From an uncultured Planctomycetota bacterium (GTDB lineage Bacteria; Planctomycetota; Planctomycetia; Isosphaerales; Isosphaeraceae), in contig CAWGMQ010000011.1 of NCBI GenBank assembly GCA_963823665.1, positions 928,001 to 992,000 of the forward strand: a stretch of DNA of 64,000 bases, written 5' to 3'. Position 1 is the stretch's first letter. Every line of letters starts with the position of its first letter. Positions 44,851-54,292 of the stretch are shown one piece after another. The position numbers and the translations under genes were made by a program. Below the pieces are notes generated by a model, which was not told where the DNA came from, did not search any database, and worked only from the letters and a program-made list of their open reading frames with translations.

Positions 44851-45274
44851 AGGTCGTAGTCGAGCCGAGAGGCAGGTGGATATACTGCCTTCTTAAACTC
44901 GGGCGGCCGTTCTGACCGTCCTCCTACTCCGATGACTGTAGGTCCGTCGTCGATTCGACAGAAATCCGGCGATTCCGCGTTCGCTTCCAGGGGGCTTCAG
45001 TTCCCATTAGACGAGGGACAGTCTGCGCACGATGGCCGGCCGGTGCACCGGCCTTCCCCGAGCTGCGATGGGTCCGACAATCAGCGAGGTGAACTGCGGA
45101 GCCGATGGCACAATCCGTGAGCGCCGACCTTGAAAGAGTTCTAATCGGCCCGGAATCCCTCATGCGGGATGTCTGTCTTCAGGCGGTCCGCAAGAGGCGC
45201 TTCGGGTCACTCCGTTGTGGTATCGCGAATTTGTAACCCCCAGCGGCCGAGGGCCGCGTCAGGAGCGTTGCCCT

Positions 45275-46855
45275 ATGAACTCATCAGCACGGCCGTTCGT
45301 CGCAGAGTTATGGTTCTCGGAAAGAAACCCAGGGTCGTTCGGCCAATGCCCGGCGCGACGGTGGCGGAACGCTCGACGCGTTCGCGCGTTCCGCCCAGCG
45401 ATGGAGCCGGGTAGAATCCCACTGGAACCGCGCAGCCTCCTCTCCGTGACGTTCAACGCGACCATCGTGACCAGTAACCCGAATCTCTATCCCGCTTCGA
45501 TCACGAGCGGACCGGGCGGAGACCTCTGGTTTACGCTGCGCTGCAACTCCGGGAGTCCGCGGACCCAGATCGGCTCGATCAACCCGACGACCAATGAGGT
45601 CAACATCATCCCGCTCACCCAGTCCCAGGGTCAGGGCGATCTCGGCGCGATCACCACCGATGCCAGCGGCGATCTCTGGTTCCTCGACTTCCCCTTGGTC
45701 GAGGAGTACAACCCGTCGACCGGCGCCTTCCATGAACAGGCGCTGCCGAACAAGGGCCCCTTCGTTTATGGCACAGGCCTCGTCTTCGGTCCGAATCAGT
45801 CGATCTGGGTGGCCAATCTGCTCATGGGTCAGCTCGACGAGGTCAATCCCCAGACGCTCGCCGTCACCCCGTTCACGACCCCCGACGGCCTCGATCCAGA
45901 TGGGTTGGCGGTCGGCCCCGACGGCGCCCTCTGGTTCACCACCGGGTCGCCGACGATCGGCCGGTTCGACCCGACAACCTCCCAGTTCCAGACGTTCACG
46001 ACCTCCAACAGCGCCAGCACAACCAACCGCATCGTCGCCGGTCCGGACAATCGCCTTTATTTCACCGACGGCGGCGCGCTTTCGATCGGCATCATCACGC
46101 CCGACGGTTCCGCCTCGACCATAAGCGAGTTCCCGCTCCCCGTCCAGGGCCTCGGCATTGTCTTCGGCACGCTCCCCATTTCCGGGCTCACGGTCGGGGC
46201 GGACGGCAACATCTGGTTTGCGTTGAACGGCCGCTCCTCTGGAGTCGGCTCGTTCAACCCCTCGACCGATGCCGCGAATTACTTCGTGGACCCCAACCCG
46301 TCGGGCGGAAACCCCAAGGGGATCGCGCTGGGTCCGGATGGAAACCTCTGGTTCACGTCCGAGTCAGCGTCGATCAATGGCCCCCCGGTCTACGTCGTTC
46401 AAGTCGTGACCTCGGGCGGAAGTGGCGGCGGATCAGCGGGCGGAAGTGGCAGCGGATCAGCGCCGACGATCCTGGGCGTCCAGCCCTTCGTCCAGACCAC
46501 CTCCACCGGCAAGGGGAAGCACGCCCGCCACGAGAGCCAACTCGCCGGGTTCACGCTCACCTTCAACGAGGCGCTCGACCTCGCCCGCGCCGGGAGTGCG
46601 GCCAATTACGCGGTGCTGGTGAAGGTCAAGCATGGCCGCAAGACCAGCACCCTGCGGATCAGCGTCTCGGTCGACTACACCGCTGGCTCGGATGAGGTGA
46701 CTGTCCTCACCGGCAAGCAGACCTTCGCGCATGGGGGCGAGCTGACCGTCAACGGCTCGGCCCCGGGCGGGATCAGCGACCCGACCGACACGTTCTTCTT
46801 GACAGGCACGACGACCTTCACCATCAGCCCCAAAGGCCGATCCATCGGCCCGTGA
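45275..46855 (+). CDS. Secreted Vgb (virginiamycin B lyase)-like beta-propeller with Lys-rich C-terminal domain
   Basis: PLEPRSLLS motif; repeated GPDG(A/N)LWFT units; Gly/Ser linker. Confidence 0.85.
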   Translation: MNSSARPFVAELWFSERNPGSFGQCPARRWRNARRVRAFRPAMEPGRIPLEPRSLLSVTFNATIVTSNPNLYPASITSGPGGDLWFTLRCNSGSPRTQIGSINPTTNEVNIIPLTQSQGQGDLGAITTDASGDLWFLDFPLVEEYNPSTGAFHEQALPNKGPFVYGTGLVFGPNQSIWVANLLMGQLDEVNPQTLAVTPFTTPDGLDPDGLAVGPDGALWFTTGSPTIGRFDPTTSQFQTFTTSNSASTTNRIVAGPDNRLYFTDGGALSIGIITPDGSASTISEFPLPVQGLGIVFGTLPISGLTVGADGNIWFALNGRSSGVGSFNPSTDAANYFVDPNPSGGNPKGIALGPDGNLWFTSESASINGPPVYVVQVVTSGGSGGGSAGGSGSGSAPTILGVQPFVQTTSTGKGKHARHESQLAGFTLTFNEALDLARAGSAANYAVLVKVKHGRKTSTLRISVSVDYTAGSDEVTVLTGKQTFAHGGELTVNGSAPGGISDPTDTFFLTGTTTFTISPKGRSIGP

Positions 46856-47266
46856 GGTAGCGCCTTGGAGCCCCTGGCGCCCCCGGAAGCCGGCCTCCAG
46901 CGTTACCTCGCAGACCGACCCGGAGATCGTGTTCCCGGCAAAAAATTAGGGTGGCGAACTTCACTGCCTCCAGTCACCTAATTTCGGCAGTGTGGCTGCG
47001 ACTGAACCACGCGAACGAACGTGCTCCACTGCTCGCTCGCCCAAAAACCAAAGACCGCATCCTCGCGTTCAAAAAGCGGCGGACTTTCGAGTGTCATTCG
47101 CCCTGTCGCCGACGGACCGCCACGCGCGAGCCGAGCGGATTGATCACTTTAAAGCTATTGGCCAAAAGGCCTTCTGCCATTCGCCGTCGAACGCGAGCTG
47201 TGCCGACAAGTCAAGTCGTCGGGAAACCAACCCGCATACCGCTTTGATGTAAACCATTACACTCAG

Positions 47267-47527
47267 ACGTACACGATGGTCCGCAACGACCTGTAGCTCG
47301 CCGGCATCCCATACGAGACGCATGGGGGGCTGGCCGACTTCCATGCCGCCGGCTGGCACAGCCACAGCACGGGATTGATCGCCTCGGGGGCGTCGATCAT
47401 AGAGGCCAAGGAACTGGCCCGCCACGCGGACATCCGGCAGACGGCGAAATACACCCATATCGGGATGCGGGCGCGTGCCGAAGCCCTGGCCGGACTGCAA
47501 TATCCCAAAGACATGCGCACTCGTTGA
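47267..47527 (+). pseudogene. Tyrosine recombinase/integrase C-terminal relic
   Basis: Manual translation TYTMVRNDL*LAGIPYETHGGLADFHAAGWHSHSTGLIASGASIIEAKELARHADIRQTAKYTH: box II with internal TAG and the catalytic Arg position read as Trp. Confidence 0.8.
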
Positions 47528-47623
47528 AGTGTCGGAAATATGTCGGGTTTCGGGCGGCGTCGTGCGTCAGAAGGTTTCACGAGCTGACAGTAACGGAGAC
47601 TGCGAGGGTGCGTCCGAAAACGC

Positions 47624-47650
47624 GAAAACCCCTTCCGAAGAAGGGGTTTC
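47624..47650. terminator. Hairpin between the integrase relic and the att fragment
   Basis: AAACCCCTTC-cgaa-GAAGGGGTTT inverted repeat. Confidence 0.55.
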
Positions 47651-47698
47651 GTCGTTTCTTGTCACTGACTTTCAGAAGGTGTCAGTTGACGTAAGTAT

Positions 47699-47727
47699 TG
47701 GAGGCGGCGGGAATTGCACCCGCATCC
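47699..47727 (-). mobile_element. att-site fragment: 3' end of tmRNA (ssrA)
   Basis: Minus strand GGATGCGGGTGCAATTCCCGCCGCCTCCA = T-arm (GCGGG/CCCGC) plus acceptor strand CGCCUCC-A; rest of the gene not seen. Confidence 0.7.
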
Positions 47728-48451
47728 CGGGAAGCATCCGGGGGCGTCTGCGCCCGTTGGCGATGATTTGTGCGAGCAGCACCGAAAGCGATGGGGAGAC
47801 GGGCAGCGCGGCGACAGAGACCGGGCGAGACGAAAAACGCGAGGATCGCTGAGAACACGGTGGGGGGCTCGAGGTCGTGGGCAACGAGACTTCGAACTCG
47901 ATCGGCAGATCGAACGGACCGATCTGGATGGCGAGCTGACCTTTCGGGTTGGTATCAGCGGGCGGGTGCGGTACTTCCGGGCGTGTTTCATTACCCGGAT
48001 TGCATCGAGTTTGATACGGCGGTTTGGCACTCGAGCTGAAGCGCTCAAGACAGAGATCATGGCGATCGCCGATGGTGCGCGGTTGAAGGACTTGATCGAG
48101 CATGCTGCCACTTGCCGGAGCCTGGCGGCGTTTCCAAGAAGCTTCCGTCTTGAGGCGCTTATCGGCTCGGCGAGGATTGTCTCTGAGATTTCCGCACGTT
48201 CCCGGAGCCGGTGGTCGATCCATTCTCTGCGGTCGAGCGGGCTTTCGCTCAGCGGGAATCACGTCGCGGGCAGCGCGTAACGCAGTGACGCCAGCGAGCT
48301 ACGGCAGCCTCGATGAGGTGTGCGCGCCATCGTCATGGATGGAGGTCCCAGGGTGGTTGATCGACGAAAGTTACTTGAACTGGAGGCATGTTTCAAGAAT
48401 ACGATGCATGTCCTTTGCCTTACGCTGCCATCCTTGGCCGGCTTCTGAATT

Positions 48452-48534
48452 AAATTGAAACTAGGTCTGACCCCGTGGAGACCCCGTGGAAGGTCTGACC
48501 CCGTGGAAATTGAAACTAGGTCTGACCCCGTGGA
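48452..48534. repeat. Short nested tandem repeat cluster
   Basis: 28-bp AAATTGAAACTAGGTCTGACCCCGTGGA at 48452 and 48507; GACCCCGTGGA occurs four times. Confidence 0.85.
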
Positions 48535-50664
48535 ATGTCGTTGCAAGCTCGTCGAGTGAAAGGTCGGTGCGGAATTCGCCGTCATGGCGTACCAGACGAA
48601 CGACTTCTTCCTGATAGAGAACGGCCGTTCCTTCGAGGTCCGGCGCGAGACCGAGCGCCGCGTTTGCATTATTGTTCTTGGCGCACAGCGAAGGTGGAGG
48701 GGCGCTTTTCAGTGGGGGTGAGTACCCGGGTTTTTCCCTGGGGTCGTTGGTCCGCGTACGTTGCAGGAACTCGTTACCGGCCCACCACGAGGGTGCCCCA
48801 AAACAAACCAGCAGGAATCCCAGAGAATGCCGTTGCACCAATCGAAGAATCAGCATCCAGGGTGGGCGGCGGACCGATTCGTCATGGGCGCGGCTGAGCG
48901 GGCCTGACCGCTTGCGAGTGACGTTCGTTGCGCGATCCATGCCATCGGATCGCCCGGGCCAACTGGACTTGCCACCGCTCCCGACACGGGATGGCAGAGC
49001 GGAGCCAGAACGCCGGTCGTCTGGTATCGACGGTTGTTCTGATGCGTTCATCACTCGCCCTCCGTCGGGAACTGGGAAATTCGCAGCGATCACCGGAGAC
49101 CGGCGGTGAACGCCGACGCCAGTGTGTGCGGTTGAGCACTGTCGCGTATCGCGACTGCGCAGACTTTCATCGATCAGGACTGTTCGCACGGGGAGCGGCT
49201 TTAAAATCGGACCGTGCGTGCGTGGCAGCCGTTCCCGTTAATAATGAAGACGTGAATGGGCGGCTCGACTTGCGCGTCGTCGTGCGTGGATCGCGTTGCT
49301 CTGGATCGGTCATATCAAAAGTGATCATTTTGATCCATGCGCTGAAAAACCTAAAACATGGACGAAAGGGCGAGTTGCTCTTGCACTTGTGCAGAACGAG
49401 CCAACCCAATCGTGCGCGCAGAGCGCCTTGGCGTCTGGCTCGCATCGGTCCGAGGACGCCACGGTCGTGAAGTGCGTGTGTGACCCGGCAGCCGGAGCTT
49501 CGCCGTCCCGGAAGCGAATTTTCATTCGCGCGGCGCGGGGAAATCGTCAGGCTGAAGCCTGACCTACGAGTCCGTCTATCGCTGGTTGTCTGGCTTTTCG
49601 GGCGAGACATGGCTGTGGGGCCGGGCTTTCGCCTGCGACCGTGCGCATACAGGATGAATTCTGTGCGCTAATCGATCTGATCGCGCGAACCCGGAAACTT
49701 TCTGGAAACCTCCCCGTCGCTGGTGCCCTCAGGGCGTAAAGTCGTCGCATATTGTAGATGAGGTAGTGCGCTGCGCATTGGTGTTTTGCAGCCGGAGGGA
49801 GCCGGGTCGTGCCCTGGGTTTATGGGAGGAGTGCGACGGATGATGACGGCCGTTGGGTTCTTGGAGTCGGAGCGAGATAGGAGATCAAGATTGGGACCAA
49901 GCTGTGGCCGATTTACACTAGTGTACGGATGCTTGAAGGGGCCCGTAATATTGCCACTTCTTGCCATTTCCGGGATGAGCGCAGACATGGCTTCGGGTCG
50001 AGTGGCTGCTCTGTAAGTTCAATGAGCGTAATCAAATGAGAATAAAGCCAAGCGTTCTTCGGCGAGGGCATGACCTTTTGGCAATGGTCACGCAAAATTG
50101 CCACTTTTGATCGCGGGTGTTGTTCACTATGTTTTGAGGAGTATTTTCACGGCACTGGATGGGAGATTCTCGGTGCCTGGCGCGAGGACTTCTCTGCGCG
50201 AGCGCTCCGCCATCTGCCGCGGAAGTTTGCCCGCAAGGGCGGGAGGAATGCCCAATGCCCCTTCGGAGCGAAGGGCGACAATGGGGTGGGGTCTGATGAT
50301 GCGTTTGCAAGGAACGGGGTGGACGGGCCCGTTGCCTTAATCCTTGCAGGATAAGGACGTTCGTCGAATCTACAAAACGAACTGCTCGATCGGGGGGAAC
50401 CTGGGAGGACGGACGGGGACGGGCGGGTGTCGAAATTGAGGTTGCCGCGAAGCAGCGCCGGACTTTTCGACGCGGAGTGTGGGAACGAGGGGGGGCGTGC
50501 CTGGGACGTTGGGGCGGAGGGCCACGCCCAACTTGGCTCGGAGCAGCGCCGGCGACGTTCCAGCGCTGAGCATCTGAACGAAAGGATCGGTGAGACGCAA
50601 AAACGCGTCGTCATTCGCAAGTGTAGATGGGCTCGAGAGTTGCTTCGAAAGTTTTTTGGCTTCG

Positions 50665-50724
50665 AAAACGTCGTCATTCGTAACTCCTTTTGTGGAAAGG
50701 AGATGACGACGATGACGACGTTTT
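50665..50724. repeat. Long intergenic inverted repeat
   Basis: AAAACGTCGTCAT / ATGACGACGTTTT 13-bp arms enclosing CTCCTTT/AAAGGAG. Confidence 0.75.
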
Positions 50725-50959
50725 GGGGGGTCTGCGGGAGCTGTTCCCCCGATTGGGACACGAATGCGAGCGCAAGTGGTCAGGGGCTCGGGAAGTCGCC
50801 GGTCTGTGTCGGCTCAGGCGAGAGGATGTCGTCTACTCACCTGTGCGCCTGGACTTTGGACTTGGCAGAATTTCGATAGTCCGCTAGAAACCACGCGCCA
50901 AGGACTCAATCCTCGCGACCTCCCGTGCGCTATTCGGCACTGACAACTGACATGAAACC

Positions 50960-52532
50960 ATGAATCAGATGAGCCGCCTTCTGCTTCTGCTCGCGGGAAG
51001 TGCCCTGCTCCTGGGCTGGGTGATCAAGCATAGCGAGCCGACGAGCAATGTCGGACTGCGTTACATCGAGCAAGCACGCCAAATCGAGCGCGGCGGGTGG
51101 CGTGAAGGATTGTATCGGGGGATCGATCATCCCCTGCATCCGCTGGGCATCGCGGCGGCCCATCGGTTGTTCGATGCGGACAGCCCCGGCTCGTGGCAGT
51201 GCGCGGCACTGCTGTTCTCGTTCGCGTCCGCGATCTTGCTCGTCATCCCGGTCTATTTGCTCGGCCGGGAGCTGTTCGGTGAGGATGCCGCGATCCTGGG
51301 CGCCATCCTCATGCTGGCCAATTCGCTGGTGGGCTCACTGGTTGTGAATGTGCAGAGCGAGACGTCGTTCCTGCTCTGGTGGAGCTTCGGGCTGTGGTCG
51401 GCTGTGCGGTTTCTGCGGGAGGGCCGTTTCCTCTGGCTGGCGCTGGCCGTGGGGCTGGGAGCGCTGGCGTACTTGACCCGTCCCGAAGGGATCTTGCTTC
51501 CGGTGGCCCTGGCTGTCACCATGCTGATCCTTCCGCTTCAGCGCGCGAGCCGGATCAACTGGCCTCGATGGTGGGGGGCCATCATGCTGGTCACCGGCGG
51601 AGCGGTCCTCTTTTCTGGACCATTCGTGGCGATCAAGGGGGGGCTGGGGACCAAGCCGGGCATCGCGCGCGTGATGGGACTGGCTCCGCACTCCGCGCCG
51701 ACAGGCGCTCGAGCGGGATGAGCCGCTTGCCGCGGACCAGACGACGATCGAGAGCTACCGTCTGGCAGGTGTGCGTACGATCGAGGCGATCGCGGGCGCG
51801 ATGACGGTGCCGCTCGTCCCATTCGCGTTCGTCGGACTTTTCGTCATCGCGCGAAGGCGCGAGCGGGCGCGAGAGGCATTGCTGGTCGCGATCATCCTGG
51901 GTGCTTCCGTGGCCGGCCTCGTGCGACTTCATGCCACCGGCGGCTATCTGAGCATACGGCACGCCGTGATTCCCGGGATGATCCTGACGATCGCAGCGGG
52001 GGCTGGTCTGTGCTGGCTGACGAGTCTGGTGGCGATACCGGGGCGATGGATTGGTCTGACGCACGAGCGATTCCGGCTCGGTCCGGCGGTGTGGGTGATG
52101 CTGATCGCGGCGTGCGCGATCGTACCGTACGTTCGCTCGCTGGGGCCGGCGCATCCGGGCCCGTTTGCCGTCTACTGGACGGCGGGTGACTGGCTTGCCG
52201 AGCACACTCGACCGGGAGAAAAGGTTCTCGACCTCACCGACTGGTCGCTCTTCTTCAGCGGGCGCGACGGCTATCACTTCGCCGAGGTCTACAAGGCGCC
52301 GGCCGATCCGCGGATGCGGTGGGTTGTGACGCGCGGGCCCGAGGACGGCGGCCGGTGGCATTACACTGGCATCATCGACGAGCTCGTGCGCGGCAGAGCG
52401 GCCGTGGCCCAGCTTCCGGCCCAGGCTTCCCCGGGCGAGCTTCAGATCAGCATCTACGATTGCCGGAGGCCTGATCCGCTCGCGGCGGCGGTGGAGTTCG
52501 GAGCGCCGGAGCAAGCACACGCGCAGCGCTAA
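50960..52532 (+). CDS. GT-C/GT39-like membrane glycosyltransferase (paralog 2), frameshift near 51700
   Basis: VGLRYIEQA, DHPLHP, SETSFL, YLTRPEG, GLGTKPGIARV. Confidence 0.75.
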
Positions 52533-52588
52533 CAGATGAGTCCCCGCCCCGTGATCACAACGGCATTGAGGTTTGACGGACAACGGCC

Positions 52589-54292
52589 TTGAATTCGATT
52601 CCGAGAATCGCACAACGACTGACGCGCTCGACCATCGTCCGGCATGGCGCACGAGCAGGTCTGCTTTTGGCGATCGCCGCGGCGCTCGTCTTGTGGCAAA
52701 CCCGCCACACGGAATCCAGCTTCGCCGACGGACTGCGCTATATCCATCAGGCCGAGCGGATCGAAGCCGGCTCGTGGCGTGACGTCGCCGTGCAAGGCAC
52801 CGACCATCCTCTTCATCCGCTTTTGATCGCGGCGATGCACCGGCTTAGCGGCGGCGAGGGCCCTGCCTCGTGGCAAAGAGCCGCGCTCTGGTTGTCGTTC
52901 TCGTGCACGGTTCTGCTTGTCATCCCGACGTACTTGCTTTCCGCTGAGCTTTTTGGCGAGGGCGCGGCGTGGCTCGCGTGCTTGCTGGCAATGATCAATC
53001 CGCTCGCCGGCTACATGGTCGTGAATCTCCTTTCGGAGAGCACGTTCTTGGTTCCGTGGACCTTTGGACTCTGGGCGGCGATTCGCTTTCTGCGGGAGGG
53101 CGGGCTCCCCTGGCTGCTGGTGGCGACCGGTTGTGGAGTCGCGGCCTATTTCACCCGCCCGGAGGGGCTGCTCCTGGCGGTTGCGCTCTTCATGACGCTG
53201 CTGGCGACGCCTCTCTTTCGTGCCGGCCGGCTACCACGGCGGCGCTCCTGGCCGGCCATCGCCTGCGTGGTGATTGGCGTGCTGGTTCTGGCGGGTCCTT
53301 ATATCGCCATGCGGGGAGGGCTGGGAACGAAGCCGGGGATCGCGCGCGTGCTGGCGATGGCGCCGCAGTCGAGCCCGTATGCCCTCGAGCGTGAGAAGCC
53401 GCTCGCGGCCGATGAACCGGTTCTTCACACCTATCAGCTTGCGATCGTCCGGATGCTCAAGATCTTGCGCGCCGCGGTGACGCCGGTTTTATTCCCGTTC
53501 GCCTTGCTCGGGCTGCTGCAGTTGTGTTTGCGGAAAGAGGGTGCGAAAGCGGCCGTGTTCCTGGCGATCGTGCTCGGGGCTTCGGCGATCGCGCTCGCGC
53601 GTCTGCATGCCACGGGGGGATACGGTGTGACCCGACACGGATCCGTGCCCGGCATCGTCTTGACGATCGCGGCCGCGGGCGCGCTTGCTTCCCTGGGGTC
53701 GAGGATTCGCGTCCTGGGCCGATGGCTCGGGCTGGAAGGAAAGCGCGTGGGGATCGCCGCAGCGGCCGGGTCTGCGCTCATCGGGGGTCTGGCGCTCATC
53801 GTCAATTTCCGCGGTCCGGAATTCGAGAATCCGAACCCCTTTGCGGTCTATTACGCGACGGCCGCCTGGTTGGCGGACCACGCGAGAGGCCCGGAGCGGG
53901 TGCTTGATATGACCGATTGGTCGCTCTATCTCAGTCGGCGCACGGGTTACCATTTCGCCGACGTGCACCGGGCCCCGGCCGACCCGGCGACGCGATGGGT
54001 CGTCGTGCGTGAGCCACATGTCGAGGGGCGCTGGCACTACACGGAGGTTATTCGTGAGCTGATCGGGGGTCGTGAGCCGGTCGCCCTGATTCCGGCGAGA
54101 CCGGCGCCCGGCCAGCTACAGATCCGGATCTACGACCGACGTCAGGAATCCGTCCCATTCGTCGATCGAACTGCTGAATCGTCCAGTGATGGAGCACCAA
54201 AGCAACACCCGCGGCGACCAGAAGCCAGATCGTCGCGTACGGAAACGCAAATTCCGCTGGCCCAAAGTATGGACCAGGGAAGCGGGTCATGA
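52589..54292 (+). CDS. GT-C/GT39-like membrane glycosyltransferase (paralog 3)
   Basis: DGLRYIHQA, DHPLHP, LSESTFL, YFTRPEG, EREKPL; start uncertain. Confidence 0.75.
   Translation: MNSIPRIAQRLTRSTIVRHGARAGLLLAIAAALVLWQTRHTESSFADGLRYIHQAERIEAGSWRDVAVQGTDHPLHPLLIAAMHRLSGGEGPASWQRAALWLSFSCTVLLVIPTYLLSAELFGEGAAWLACLLAMINPLAGYMVVNLLSESTFLVPWTFGLWAAIRFLREGGLPWLLVATGCGVAAYFTRPEGLLLAVALFMTLLATPLFRAGRLPRRRSWPAIACVVIGVLVLAGPYIAMRGGLGTKPGIARVLAMAPQSSPYALEREKPLAADEPVLHTYQLAIVRMLKILRAAVTPVLFPFALLGLLQLCLRKEGAKAAVFLAIVLGASAIALARLHATGGYGVTRHGSVPGIVLTIAAAGALASLGSRIRVLGRWLGLEGKRVGIAAAAGSALIGGLALIVNFRGPEFENPNPFAVYYATAAWLADHARGPERVLDMTDWSLYLSRRTGYHFADVHRAPADPATRWVVVREPHVEGRWHYTEVIRELIGGREPVALIPARPAPGQLQIRIYDRRQESVPFVDRTAESSSDGAPKQHPRRPEARSSRTETQIPLAQSMDQGSGS

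Noticed and set aside
45275..46855. Streptogramin resistance gene vgb
   Set aside because: Fold-level repeat similarity only; the export motif and extra C-terminal domain indicate a surface protein
47699..47727. Intact tRNA or tmRNA gene
   Set aside because: Only the T-arm and 3' acceptor strand are present; no matching 5' part was found at the expected distance
48452..48534. Possible mini-CRISPR (repeat contains ATTGAAAC)
   Set aside because: Only two full copies, the intervening DNA is itself made of repeat pieces, and there are no cas genes in the window
50440..50585. Degenerate REP-like pair (AGCAGCGCCGG twice, GTGGGAACGAG)
   Set aside because: Too degenerate to support without genome-wide counts
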